A DNA stretch of 64,000 nucleotides from Bilabrum cf. latius (lineage: Eukaryota), in NCBI GenBank assembly GCA_965178125.1, contig OZ237754.1:186001-250000 (forward strand), read 5' to 3'. Positions 35,472 through 47,760 of the stretch are shown here, piece by piece. A program made the position numbers and the translations under genes. The first letter of the stretch is position 1. The number at the start of each line of letters is the position of its first letter. The notes beneath the pieces are model-generated. The model searched no databases, had not been told where the DNA came from, and was given only the letters and a program-made list of their open reading frames with translations.

Positions 35472-37712
35472 TCACGCTTGCGCAGCCGCCCTGTAGTTCC
35501 CCACCAGCTCCGACACCAGCAGCGCCTCATCGTACAGGAGACCGTCCACGGACAGGTCCGAACCCCCCTTCGAAAGCACCGTCAGCCGCTGATCGGCAGT
35601 GTTCAGGTCTGCAAAGTCCCCTTGGAACCAGCTGAAGCCAGCCTGGTTGGTCTGCCCACCGTCGCACACGGTGCCGTCCACCACCCAGAACACTACGCGG
35701 GCGTTGCCGTCGGCCACCACCGCCAACCGCCTGGTGTCCACGCCAGGCGCGAAGATCTTCTTGCCGCACGCATCGTCCATGACAGACCGAACCATCGATT
35801 GGCCCTCCGGCTGCGACCTGTCGGCGAGCTGGAGCTCCACGGTGCTGGTCCCGTTGCCCTGCACCACGCCGAGCCTGATGCCCTGGCCGATGCTGCCACT
35901 GCCAGCGCCCGAGGCACCCGCGTCTGATGCCCTGGCTCCACCCCCTGCTTCGCTTGCGTCCAGCACAAAGTCGCCCACATCCAACAGGCTCATGTTCGTC
36001 ACCGACACGTCGATGGTCAAACCGGCGCGGGGTGCGTACACCGTGGAGGAGGCCTGCAGCCGGGGTAGCGTTTGCACCTGCGGCTGCTGGTAAGCACCCA
36101 GCCGCGTGTAGTTGCCGTCCCTGATCGTCTGCGCGCTCCACTGCCCGGCCAACGCCGACAGAAGATCGTCGCTCAGAGGGTGCGCCCTCGCTGTTGTTTT
36201 CTGCGTCTCTGTCATGGTGAGGCCCCAACTGCAGGACCCCCCCGACGGACTCGGGCTCTCTCGCTTGCCTGACGGTTGGGAGGCAGCGCGGAGGTCCTGC
36301 ACGATATCGGGGTAGCCCGGGCGAGTGTCTGGGTCGTTGCGGTCGTACAGCACAATCTCTGGCTGAGACCACAGGATGGTGCGGGTGCCGTTAGGGAGGT
36401 TGGACACGCGGCCAGCAGATAGCCAGTAGGGGTTGCGACCGTGCGCATACGACGGGTACGAGTTGAAGTAGAACAGGAGAAAGTACACCCCATCAGTAAC
36501 GGCGTCGTCAACAGTGCCACCGCTGACGGCGGTGCTCGAGGCGGGGGCGGGCTGCACGAACCTCATCTGCAGAGGGCCCCGAGGCTACTTGAGGCTGCCG
36601 CAGGGGAGCTGGGCGTACGGGTCCGGGATCACGCTGGCACCGACGCAGGCAAACTTGGCATAGCCTGTTGGTGCCCATCCAGCTTTACCCGTGGTGTCTG
36701 CCGTGTACGCTGCCGCCAGGTATCCCTGGGTGTTGCGAAACGCCACGTAGAATCCAAAGTAGTCGACGTTGACCGGCAGCTGCAGCGAGCGCCGGAGCTC
36801 TGGTGTGAGGCTGCTCGGCCAGTCTTCTGTCGGGTCAGCCAAGGCTCCTTGGCGTGCTTTTGGCAGCAGGATAGGTACGACATGCGGCTCCTCCCCGATG
36901 TTTGGATTGCCTCCAGGCGGGGCGATTCCGTGGTCAGCGTGCGGGAGCAGCTGGAAGCTCGCGGTAGACGGGTCCGATTCGCCCACCTGCAGCAAGTTGT
37001 CCGAAGCCAGTACGTACACCTCTTCTGGAGGATTGTAGGGGTAGTTTCCTATCTTCGTGTATGCGAACATGCAGGACAGGCTGCCGCTGCCCTGTGGGTA
37101 TCCCTCGGTGACGTTGTATGGGACGGTCTTCCACGCGTCTACGTTCCAGAACATCTGCTGCGAGCCCTTGAACGTGTTGTCTCTATCGATCGCAGTCACC
37201 TCGACGGGGATGCGAACGTAATCAGAGCTCCATGACCGCCCCTGGTTGTCAGTCCAGCGCAGCAAGAACGCCCCAACGGTATCCTTGCGAGACAGAGACT
37301 GCCCGCTTGGGTCCTTGGTTATGTTCCAGAAATTGTCATTGTAGACGACAAAAGAACGCTTGCCTGTGGTGACAATTGCAGAGTATGCATTGGTGATCCC
37401 GAGCGTAGTCGCATTCTTGTCGACAGGATTTAGGCTGCTGGCATTACGCGGATCCCAGGACTTGCCGCCATCCGTACTCCACAGCGACGTCACCTGCTCC
37501 CCCGCTCCGCCCTCATGAGCTGCATCTACAGTAGTGGGGCAATTCCACGTGCCATCCAGCGTAATTGCGCAGTATGGTTGGTCAGCGTACGCAGTCTCGA
37601 GCATCACGGCTGCTTCGGGCGCGTATATATTGCGAGGATCCGCAGACACGTTGTATCCTCCACGCACTGACACAGCTACGAGCAAAAGAATAGTGAGTAG
37701 AATGTTCAGCAT
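35472..37712 (-). CDS. Secreted sialidase/BNR (Asp-box) beta-propeller protein with a C-terminal LamG/concanavalin-like region (~746 aa)
   Basis: Signal peptide MLNILLTILLLVAVSVRG; YADQPY; Asp-boxes STDGGKSW and TDNQGRSW; RNPYWLSAG, WSQPEIVLY, GYPD, TETQK. ORFs 36585-37712 and 35472-36566 are joined by TAG 36585 (LK(Q)PRGP). Intronless; ends in TGA. Confidence 0.8.
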
Positions 37713-37897
37713 CGTAGCAAGTCAGACTAGGCCTTAGTCCTTGGATCTTGAGATGATTTCAACTGCAACTTCAAAATAATAGTTTTCATCAAAGTGTCAC
37801 GTTACTTTGAAGCCCCAGCCTGTTTCGGATTTCAGCGCGCTGAAACAGAATTATTCGGCTAGCTGAGAATATTTCATGGCACCGGGCTACTTGCCAC

Positions 37898-40099
37898 TTG
37901 ATGCGACGTGCAGCCATCGTCTATTGTAACCTTCCAGCTACTACTAGTAGTACTACATTTGCGACCATTGGCAGGCAAGTCCAGAGGCTGAGCCAGTGTG
38001 CGATCGTATCTGCCCAAGAAGCCCGCATGGGTGTCAATGGAGTGCCTAGGCGTGTAAAGGATTGCAAATGCGTGCTTGTGCTGAATGTGTTGCCGGTGGT
38101 GATGAATGGCACAGCTATTTCCGGTCTGCCAGTGCGGGATCGGAGGCAGGTAGAGACAACTTGCGGCCCAAATCTGGTTCCAAACAGACTTGCACCTCAT
38201 CACAATATGGAGAACGTAAGAGTATCTGTCAGATCCTCATGTGCCGAATCTTTGATTCCCCTAGAAGTAACAGAATGGTTGCTTCGTTCCTCGCTCGATC
38301 CATCACTATCGCAGGATTGCCCAAAGCGGACAACTGACGAGCGCCTGGGTGCAGTAACCAGGATTTTACCACACCGTTTGAAATCATCTGGCGGCACATG
38401 GCCGGTAGGCTCCATGCACCTGGCTACGGAGTGTCCAACGCCTCGCCAAGTCGAGGTGGAGCTCGAAACAGGCACTGCAGAGGACGTTGAATATTCCTTC
38501 TGGGAAGGCGTGCCAGAAAATGCAGAATCGCATCTTTTCCTTTCAAGAACAGATTTTCTGGTCGAACAGCTGGGATCGGAGGATTCTGCATCTGTGGAAG
38601 CAGCAGCAGTCGCTATTTCCGTGTCGGCAGCAACCGCCGCAGGTCGCAACGCAGTGGTCGGCAGTGGGGTGCTGCCGGCCCTGGTGCGAATCTCCCGCTC
38701 TGCTAGAGGCCGCGAGGCCATTAAAGCAATGTGGGCATTATCTTCACTTGCTCTCGGAAACCATGAAATTAAGTCCGCGATCGTGTCGGCAGGGGCGTTA
38801 GCGGCGGCATCGGCCTTGATGGGGGCAGCCACCTCTTCCTCTTCTTCCTCTTCTTCCTGCTCTCCAGGTGATCCGAGCGAGGCGCACGCAACCACTGAGG
38901 CAGAGGAGGGAGCTGCGCTACTACGCAATTTAGCCTGCGGAGCAGAAGACATCAAGTTGGCCATCGTTCGATCTGAGTCCCTCCCGAGACTGATCCACCT
39001 GCTGGGGTCTTGCAAAGGCAACGAGGCGGAGGAGGCTGCTGGCTGCCTCCGCGCACTGGCTGCCGGGACTGCCGCGATCAAGGACGCTATCATCGCAAAG
39101 GGTGGAGCGCCAGCTCTAGCAAGAGTGCTGCGCACCACTGAGGATAAAGCGGTGGAGGAGGCAGCAGGTGCGCTGCGACTGCTTGCCGCCGGCAGCGATG
39201 AACACCGCGAGGCCGTGCGTGCGGCTGGTGCTCTCCCTGCTGCTGTTGATTTGCTAGGATCTGGGTGCCCTAGCATTAAACGAAAGGTATTGGGCATTCT
39301 ATTAAATGTCGCAGCTGGTTCTACTTCTCTCAAAGCAGCGCTGGTGGACTGTATGACCCTGCCGACCGTGGTGCGGTTGATGGAGCATGCGATGAGCGTA
39401 GCCACCGACCATCCTGTAGCCGCGGCAGGAGGCAAAAAAGTCGGGTTGAGGCCAAAATGTGGATTATCTACACCTTCTAGTGATCGGTTGCCCTGTGATG
39501 GTCCTAGTGTCCCCGAGCATGAGGTGCTGGAGCAGCTGGCTGTGACAAAAAAGGCGGCTAGCCTGATGTGGAACGTCGCAGCCGGCCCCGGGCCGCTCAA
39601 GCGAGCCATTGTGGGCTGTGGTGCGGTGCCTTACCTTGTGCAGATCATGAATCTTATCCCAGTTGCAGATGCTGCAAGTGCACGCGCCGCTGCAGCTGCT
39701 GCTTCGGGTCCAGGCGAAGCAGGGTCCAAGCGAGGAAAAGCCAGCAGGTCACCAGCAGTCGCACGAGCCCGGGAGGCAGCGGGGCGCAAAGCCCTGGGTG
39801 CGCTATGGAACTTGAGCTGCGGGGCAGCCGGTAAGGTGAAAGCACTTTCGGACGCTGGCGCACAGCCTGTGCTAGCGAAGCTCGTTGAATCGGAGCACAG
39901 CAGCACGCGGCGAATGGCATCAGAGATGCTGGACAGAATACGAGGTATCACCAGTGACGCAACGGAGCACGCATCGGCGGAGACAATCTCAATGGGCTCC
40001 ATTGCATCGCCGGCTTCGAGCCAGAGGTTAGTAGCAAGCCCACTGGCCGCCCTCGATAGCTCGCACTCGCCGAGCTGGTCGGGAGCGCGGTTCACTTGA
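37898..40099 (+). CDS. Armadillo-repeat protein (start uncertain, between 37898 and 38207)
   Basis: Repeated ARM units: GVLPALVRI...AMWALSSLA, GALAAASAL...AALLRNLA, LPRLIHLL...AAGCLRALA, GALPAAVDLL...ILLNVA, GAVPYLVQI...ALGALWNLS. Ends TGA-TGA. Confidence 0.85.
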   Translation: MMRRAAIVYCNLPATTSSTTFATIGRQVQRLSQCAIVSAQEARMGVNGVPRRVKDCKCVLVLNVLPVVMNGTAISGLPVRDRRQVETTCGPNLVPNRLAPHHNMENVRVSVRSSCAESLIPLEVTEWLLRSSLDPSLSQDCPKRTTDERLGAVTRILPHRLKSSGGTWPVGSMHLATECPTPRQVEVELETGTAEDVEYSFWEGVPENAESHLFLSRTDFLVEQLGSEDSASVEAAAVAISVSAATAAGRNAVVGSGVLPALVRISRSARGREAIKAMWALSSLALGNHEIKSAIVSAGALAAASALMGAATSSSSSSSSCSPGDPSEAHATTEAEEGAALLRNLACGAEDIKLAIVRSESLPRLIHLLGSCKGNEAEEAAGCLRALAAGTAAIKDAIIAKGGAPALARVLRTTEDKAVEEAAGALRLLAAGSDEHREAVRAAGALPAAVDLLGSGCPSIKRKVLGILLNVAAGSTSLKAALVDCMTLPTVVRLMEHAMSVATDHPVAAAGGKKVGLRPKCGLSTPSSDRLPCDGPSVPEHEVLEQLAVTKKAASLMWNVAAGPGPLKRAIVGCGAVPYLVQIMNLIPVADAASARAAAAAASGPGEAGSKRGKASRSPAVARAREAAGRKALGALWNLSCGAAGKVKALSDAGAQPVLAKLVESEHSSTRRMASEMLDRIRGITSDATEHASAETISMGSIASPASSQRLVASPLAALDSSHSPSWSGARFT

Positions 40100-40289
40100 T
40101 GAGGCACATTTCTTGTATTTAGGCAGGCGTCTGTGCTGAGCCAATTGCTGTGCAAAAGCTGATTATCACTACGCAGAGGCGCGCCTGAGAAGCAATGCTG
40201 ATTGTAAATGCAGGTACTCTTCGGCATCTATCACGTTCTCGCTGGAGAAAGACCGAACCCCTACTTCTAAACTGCGATGAAGCCATAGA

Positions 40290-43200
40290 TCACCCGATGT
40301 GGCTGCTGCTTTCATGCGCAATGAGTTCTTCTTGCGCGCGTTGCTTTTCTTCATCGCTCTCGCCGCCATCTTCCGCCTCGCGGTGAAACTGGTGATGGTG
40401 CCTTTGGTGCGAAGCATCCTTGTCCAGCAGCACCGGGCCGAGTTGGGAGATCCCCACAGCTCCAGCTGGCGCTGTCAGTAGGACCGACAGGACGGCCACA
40501 GCAAAGATAACCAGAGCACGGCGCTCGTCCTCCTCCTACACATCCGGGTTTTCGTACGAGCGTTTGCCAATCTGTTTCACCGCGACGCCAGCGTAGGCCG
40601 CCTGCACTGTCGCCTTGGGCATCCAGGCGATGGCGATGAACAGCATCTCGCTGTACGAGAACTCGCCGGTCGCCACGGACAGGAACGCGGTGATGCTTCG
40701 GGCCGCAAGCGCCAGCAGAACAACCACGAGACCCCACCCCAGATAGCTGGGATCCAGCTCCGCGAGATTTACGGAAGCTCCGATCAAGCCGAATAGCAGC
40801 GGCTGGAGAAAGGACCACAGCCACGACACGTTCTCCTCCACAGCCTCGGAACCTACGGATCCTGCGTGTGCGCCCAGCATGTACGACGCCATCGTCCCGG
40901 CGATGATGGAGCCAAGAGGACCGATTCCTTCCACCCCCAGTTCCTTCGCCACGAACATCCCGGTGATCGACATGCTTAGGAGCAATACCGTGCGGCGGGC
41001 AGGGAGTTGTGGGTCGATGTCTTGGTCTGGCACCACGAGCGTTCTTGGCCCGTGCAGCTGCTCATCTTCAATAGTAGACCGCACCACATCGTCGTCACAC
41101 TCATCTTCCGCTCCCACGCACCCTTCACCGGCGAACTCCTCGGGTTCACGGTACGGCAGGCCATCTCGGCCGGTGATCGATCCAATGCTGCTGTGCCGTC
41201 TCATTCTTCCACCCGCAGGGTCCGTAGACTCGGCACCCAGACCGAACCAGCTCGAGGCTCCGAGCGTTTGTGCGTCCATGGAAGCCTGACGCGAGTACTG
41301 CCGGCCCGCCGCCATTTCTGGGTCGAGAGCCGCGCTGCCCTGCGTGTCTCTCTCCGGATCCAACGCTCTGCTACTTTTCCCCGGTCTCCAGCGGTGCAGC
41401 CGAAGCGTGCTAGGATGCACGGACATCAAGTCATCATCGGCCGGGCGGCGCGGTGGAGCGCTTGTCGCGGCTGCTTCCCACAGGGGCATCAGGTCGTTTG
41501 TGCCGAGACCCATGGTAAGGTACTGTGAATCTGCACCGGCGCCGACTTCGGCCCCTGGTTGCCTTGCCTAGACCACGCGCTGCCGCTCGCGCACTGCCTG
41601 CTCATCCAATCGACGGTCGACCTGCGCCTGCTCCTCGCGGTCGCCTTGCCGCTCGGCTCGCCAATCATCGCCACACAGAGTATGCGCATAGTGCATCTAG
41701 CCGCGTTGCTACTGCAATCGACCGGCCGGATCCGGCCACTCCTCAAAGTCGACCGATGCGATGGGGTGCACCTCGCTGGAGTCGTCCTGCATGCCAGTGG
41801 GGGCCCAGCCGTCCTGCAGGCTTTGGCATCGTGCCCTCCTCGTCGCTCGCTGCTTGGTTGGGCTATGGTCTCCTGCACTGGGTGAATTCGGCGCAAGCCC
41901 TGCCTCGCTTTCGTGCTTCTTCGTTTCTGACGCTGGCGGCAATCGAACCGGAGTAGGCGGCTCGTCATTGCGGTGGACAGACTGCTGCTGGACTGTGGCT
42001 CCCCTGCCAGTGGCTGCTGGGCCGCGAGTCTGCTCCTGCATGCTGCTGTCGGGCCCGACGTAGCCACCCTCGAGATTGGTGCTGCTCGTGCTAGAGCTGC
42101 TGCTTGTTCGTGTGCGCTGGCGGCCTTGCTGCTCGGGAGCAGCACCTTGTTCCACCCCTTCAATCGTGGCTGTGATCCCAGATACGCCTGAAATCCCCCT
42201 TCGAATTGCATCCTGCCGCCTCTCCTCGATTGTGCGGCACTCGTCCTGATCCAGCGGTCCAGCTTGCCTCCCCGCAGCCCCAGGGGCTCCTTGCCCTCGA
42301 CCGTCCGCGTCGGGGTCTGGGCAGTGTCGGTGGATGGATGCGGTGACGTCACTATGCACCGCAGTCGCTGCACCAGGCGTCCCGCCAGATGATGGCACCG
42401 GGCTGCCTCTCGCTGCTGCATCCTGGCGGAGCTCGAGCAGCCTTGGCTGGCGGACCCTCAGCTTCCTCGCGAGGTCGACATCGTCCGGCGCTCCCACGTG
42501 CGGCCCTATCGGAGGTGCCGACGACTGCACAATTTTGCGAACCGGGTCGGAGGGGGTCGATATCCGCACCTTCTTTTGCTTGCTGGCGCCTGCTCCGCCA
42601 CCGCGACGTATTCTGTCGGCCGGAGGCGACTCGCCAGTGGGTGGAGGAAGAATTGGCCTCGGCTGCCCAGAGCGATGCCGGGTCTCTGGTGTGGCAGTCC
42701 GGCTGTCCAGCACCGCCTTGTCGGGAGTTTCCCTCGTCGAAGACTTGTGCGCGGGACCGCAGCGGTCTTTGCCCGAAGCATCGCTCTGCATTGCCTGCCG
42801 CCCCTCTCGCATCCCCACGGAACCACACGTGCGAGCATAACTCGGCTTGCGTCTGCGCGCCCCAGCTGCTGCAGCCTCAACTCGAAATCTCGTCGCGTCA
42901 TCCGAGGCAATCTGTGCAGCGCCACTCGTCCCTCTCGATGAATTTCGTCCCGCGCCGCCCCCGGCAAGCTCCCTTCGAAACCTTTCAGCAATTGTAGACC
43001 GACCGTCGCTGTCCTGTCGGCCACGGTATGCATCCCCTACAGCCGTCTATAGCCGGCGGAGAACGTGCGGTCTCGCTGCGACCGGCTCGCCCTTGGTCAG
43101 TGCTCTGTACGTTAGCAGCATTTCGTCCTCATCCCTGTGCTCCTCCTTGCGAGCGTGCGGGCGGTTCCGCTTGTCGACCTCCTGGTGGTGCTGCTGCAGC

Positions 43201-45154
43201 CACGCCGGGGCAGGGAAGGGCTGCAAGGTACCCACGGGCATTGCCCGCATACGGCGTCCTCGGCGGCGAGGCAGCAGCTTCTTTCTGTTGTCAATCTGCA
43301 GTCGCTGCTCGTTTGCTTGCCACGGGGCGTGCTCGTTGGCGTGCTCGGCGTGCTGCCTCGCTCGATTATCCGCCCGTCTCTGCCTCTCTCTCTGTGCCTT
43401 GCGGAGCGCAGTGATCTGTGACGCATTGCTGGTCGCAGATCCCATGCTGTCTTGTCGCGGCCGCGTCACCTGGCTCCCGGCGCCGCGGAGGGACCGTCCC
43501 TGCATCATGCTGTCAGTGCCAGTCCGGGTCCAAGCCGAGGCCACCGGACTCTGCTCGCGCACTCGCTTTGCCATGGACTCTTGGCTCATGGATGCTTCCT
43601 GATGGACGTAATGGTGTGATTGAGGTGTCAACTGGTTGCCGACGCGTCCACCGCTAGATTCCGTGTCGCTCCTACCGTCATCTTCCTCACTCTACTTGTG
43701 CTCGAGTGCGCCGTCGATATGGTCCCTTCCATGGTGTGAACCACCCTAACTGCCGCCGCCACCCAGCTCCCAGCCTTTTGAGTCCTCACCGGCTCCCAGC
43801 AGCCCAGCTATCCTCTTACCGATGGCCCCCAATTTGCCGCTGACACCCTCTGGGACTTCCCCCCGACCAGAGTCGGCCTCAACAACAGGCCCTGGGTCCG
43901 GCTGCCTCCTTGCAACGGTACCCTCGCCCTTTCCCTCATCCTGCGACGGCTCATCCCCACCTTTCTCGCTACCAATACCATCGCGCGCACCCTCCTCCTG
44001 GTCGCAGCTGCGAGCCTCTGCCTCTGCCTCTGGCTGCTGGCTTCCGCCGCTGTCAAGTCTAGCCATCTCGATAGATTTCGAGTCCGATGTCTGCAGCCCG
44101 TAGTATCCGGAGCCACCTCGCTAGTATGGCTTGATGGCATCAGCTGTAGGCAGCAGGAACCACACGGCGTAGCCCTGCAAGCAGCCCCACATCACGCCGA
44201 CCGCCAGCTCCACCGGCCCCTTGCCGACCACCCATCCGATGCTCTCCCCGCTGGAAAACAAAATGCTGGCCACCACGCCTATACCCGCGATTGCAAACAC
44301 GTCATCAAGGCTGCTGGCACCGACAACCAGGGATGGGATCCCTTTGTCTACTCCGTATCCACCCTTTTGTAGCTGAAGCAGACTGGGCACCACAATTGCG
44401 GGGCTCACGGCACCAAGAATAAACCCAAGAAGCAAGCCCCATACTGGCGGTAGGTCCAGAAGATAATATCCCGTTAGGCATGTGGCTCCAGCCTCCACGA
44501 TCATCGGGAGAATGCTAAGCGTGAAGACTACGACTTCTTCGTGCAAGAGAGCTTGCAGATCGATCTCAAGACCGGCAAGCACAAGGATCACAGCGAGGCA
44601 AGTCTCACGTAATACCTCGCCAAGATGCTCATCAATATCAGCTCCAACGTTGACAGCCGCCAGATTCCTCAGAACTCCGCCTCCCTGCGCGATATTGATG
44701 GCAATGCTAGTTGATGGGGTGGTGACTGAAGCAGTCTTGCGTTGATATTTTGGTTGTAGATTCAACCATGGGGTAACGGGGGCCTCAATACAATGAGTTA
44801 AATAGTGGTTAATACATTAAAAGCGTGATGCATTCAACAGAGCGATTTTCAGGCGTACTACTAGTGGACCAGCATAGAAGAATGGACCGCAACTTGAAGA
44901 TGTGTCGCCTGACAGCTCTAACTCACGATCAACATGCCCAGGATAGGCGGAAGGCCTGCTTTCTCGCAAAGCTTGCCAAGTATAGCAGACAAAGCGTAGA
45001 CTGCCTCAACACCAAACCAAGAGCCGCCTGGCCTGAACGTTTCAGCAGAGAAGCCCAAGGCAAGCGCTACAAAGGCAAATAGCAAGATGCGCCAAGCGGC
45101 CGACCGCACCATTCTGGCAACAGGGTCTGGCATGCTCCCTTCAACTAGTACCAT
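40290..45154 (-). CDS. NHA/SLC9B-type (CPA2) cation:proton antiporter with a very large internal hydrophilic insertion (~1540 aa)
   Basis: Exon 45154-44927, intron 44926-44685, exon 44684-40290 with 8 TAGs. Motifs LPPILGMLI|GGGVLRN, LGAVSPAIVVP, GYGVDKGIP, SSLDDV, QPLLFGLIGA, IAWMPKATVQAA and, after TAG 40536, VAVLSVLLTAPAGA. Ends in TGA. Confidence 0.9.
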
Positions 45155-45349
45155 CTCAAAAACGTAGTGGGAGCGCGGAATGCGATTGTCTGGATAGTGA
45201 GAATTCGACCAGGTGTCGAGTGTTCACGCTCCGGATGGCGAGGATCGGATCAATCCATCGCAGTGCAGGAAGCTACTCAAAATGCGTGAAGCGCCAGTTT
45301 GGCTGCAACAACAGCCTACAATAATTCTACGATGCACACAGCTATATGA

Positions 45350-47560
45350 TCACGAGTGCTGCAGAGTCGCCGCCACCCGGAACCGGGACAGGGCCACGTG
45401 CCTCGCCCTCCGCAGCACTGCCTGGGCCAGCCTGGCCGCCTTGATGATGGCGGGGACAGATTTCTCCACCCTGCCCCTCTCGAAGTCGTCCTGCAGCGAG
45501 GGAGCGGTCTTTCTCAGCAGCCCTTCACCGAATTGCACAGCAGCATCCGTGGCTTTCTGCACGCCGTCCGCGATGTGCGGCCTTGCGAACCTGCTCCTTA
45601 CCGCGTTGGCCAGAACCCTCGTCATGGTGTGCGACATGATCTCAGGCTTGCTGTTCTCCTTCAGCACGGCCCCGCCCTGCAGGTACCACTTCGTCCTGCT
45701 GTAGAGGGCCCCAATGAGGCTGTTCCTGAGTGGCGGGCCCTCGGTCCCGGGGACCCAGCAGCCCTCAGGGGCCGCCTCGGGCTCTGCCGTGCTGGTGGGG
45801 AACCACGAGGGGGTCATGCTGCCGTCGCACAGCACGCGGCCCATGATCAGCAGAGTTTCCTTGTCCAGCGTATCTGCCGTCCCCCGGGCCAGCTTGCGCA
45901 CATGCTCATCGCAAAACTCCGCCATGCTCGCCCACATGGCCCGCTTCAAGTAGCCCGACTTGGCCATAGCGTTGGCAAACCGCCGTCGGATGGGCAGGGT
46001 GCTCTTGCCGCCCCTGGCCATGATGGCCATGATCTCACTCATCACACGGACCGCCAGCTTGGCCCAGTCAAACATGGGATACTCTGTTGATTTCGCACTG
46101 AGGTCGTCGCACCTCGAGACAGAGAGGCGCTCCGTCCTATCTTTAAACCCGTCGATCATCGACTAGTCCTCTTCCAGGATGTACCGCATGCGCATCGCGC
46201 ACACCTCCTCAATGAAATTGCCCATGATCGGGAGCACGTCCAGGTGGTCACAGATGGCCCGTACCACGTGGTCCATCTGCTCGTTGCAGAACAGCCCGAG
46301 CACTGCGAACGCCTCGTTGAGCGCGTTCTTCCTGGCCATCACCTCCAGCCTGTGCCCCCCGTTGATGCCATCGATGCCCCCCCGCATTGCGTCTGCAACC
46401 ACATCGCAGGCCAGCTCGAACAAACCATCCCTACCCATGGACTCCACGAGTGGCGGGATCAGACCCCCGAACGCCTGCATCATCATGTAGCAAAGCTTGA
46501 GCGAGATCCGCTTCACGTCAAACCCACGTCCCGGCGCCCTCGCCACGTGCAGCACAGCAGACACAAATCCACCGGTCACCAGGCTAATTATCAGGTCGAG
46601 GTGCTGCGACTGGTTGAACACGCCAGAGGCCCGGTTCAAAAAGTTGACCAGGTACCTCTCGTCGAGCGCAAAGTCGGCCCCGGGAGTGCCTTCAGGTGGT
46701 GCGGTGGTGGAGCACTCCCCACTGCGTGCCGATGCGGCCGATGCGCTGCCAGTGCTGGCGGTGGCAGCCGTCTCGTCTCTGTGCCCCTCCAAGGCCCGCC
46801 TGACCTTCTCGCGCAAGTGCTTGGGCACTGCCGGTCGCACAGGCCTGGCCCCAGGGTCGTGGGTAGGGTGGGGCGCAGGCAGGGCCTTGTCACCCTTCAG
46901 CTTCTCCATACTGCTCTCCAGGGACTCCCCCATGCCTCCCAGTACACTCGTCATCGAGGTCACCACCTGGCCGTTCCTGCCCTTCACGGGGGCTTGCGGC
47001 TTGAGAATATCGGCGGGGGGCGGGCCCGCCGGCAGGCCGATCGAGGACCGGGCCTGCGCGGCCGCGTCGACGAGAGAAGCCGCCGAAAGGAGCGCCTGAC
47101 CGAATTTTTTCGAGCCATTGGCAGCGAAGAAGTCCCTTTTGAAACGTGGTGCTGTTTTCAGGAGCCCAATGAGAAGATTTGCGTCCATGCAGGCCCTTGG
47201 GTTTTCGTCTGGCGTCGCTACAATGTCAAGAAGCCTTGGCAGCAGCTTCGGTTCAGCCACCGCCCGCCCGACTCGCGGACCAGACAGGCCTCTAAAGCAC
47301 TTCGAAGCCAGGCTGCGAATCGCGTTTCTGAGCTTTGTCGTTGTAGTGCCGTCTGCAACGATTGCCCGCACCGCTTCGTGGGGGGGTAGACCCCCATCTA
47401 CCCCTCCCATTAAGCCTTGGAGGTCGCCTCTGCAGCCTGGAACGTCGTCATCAGAAATAAAACCAAATCGAGCGTCTTGCCTGGGAACACTGCGGTGCTT
47501 GTCGGGATCCAATCCCAGAATGTACAATTCTGCGCGAGTGTCAGCTATCCTCGCGCACAT
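45350..47560 (-). CDS. Hypothetical alpha-helical (ARM/HEAT-like) protein, ~736 aa
   Basis: ORFs 46163-47560 and 45350-46159 are in one frame, separated by one TAG (46163). Amphipathic helical segments such as LLPRLLDIV and GFVSAVLHVAR. Ends in TGA. Confidence 0.7.
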
Positions 47561-47760
47561 CGGTCAAATCAGCCGAAAAGAAAACACTATATTTGCCAAG
47601 GCGCAGAGTCAAGACAATTTTTGCCAAAGTACACAAAGAATCAGGACAAAATGACGAAAATCTGTTCCACAAACGTGATCACTCGTCACATGCTTGCTAG
47701 ACCACTGCGGCTCGGCCGTCGGCATCCGTCATCGATCACGGACACAAGGTCACGCACACG

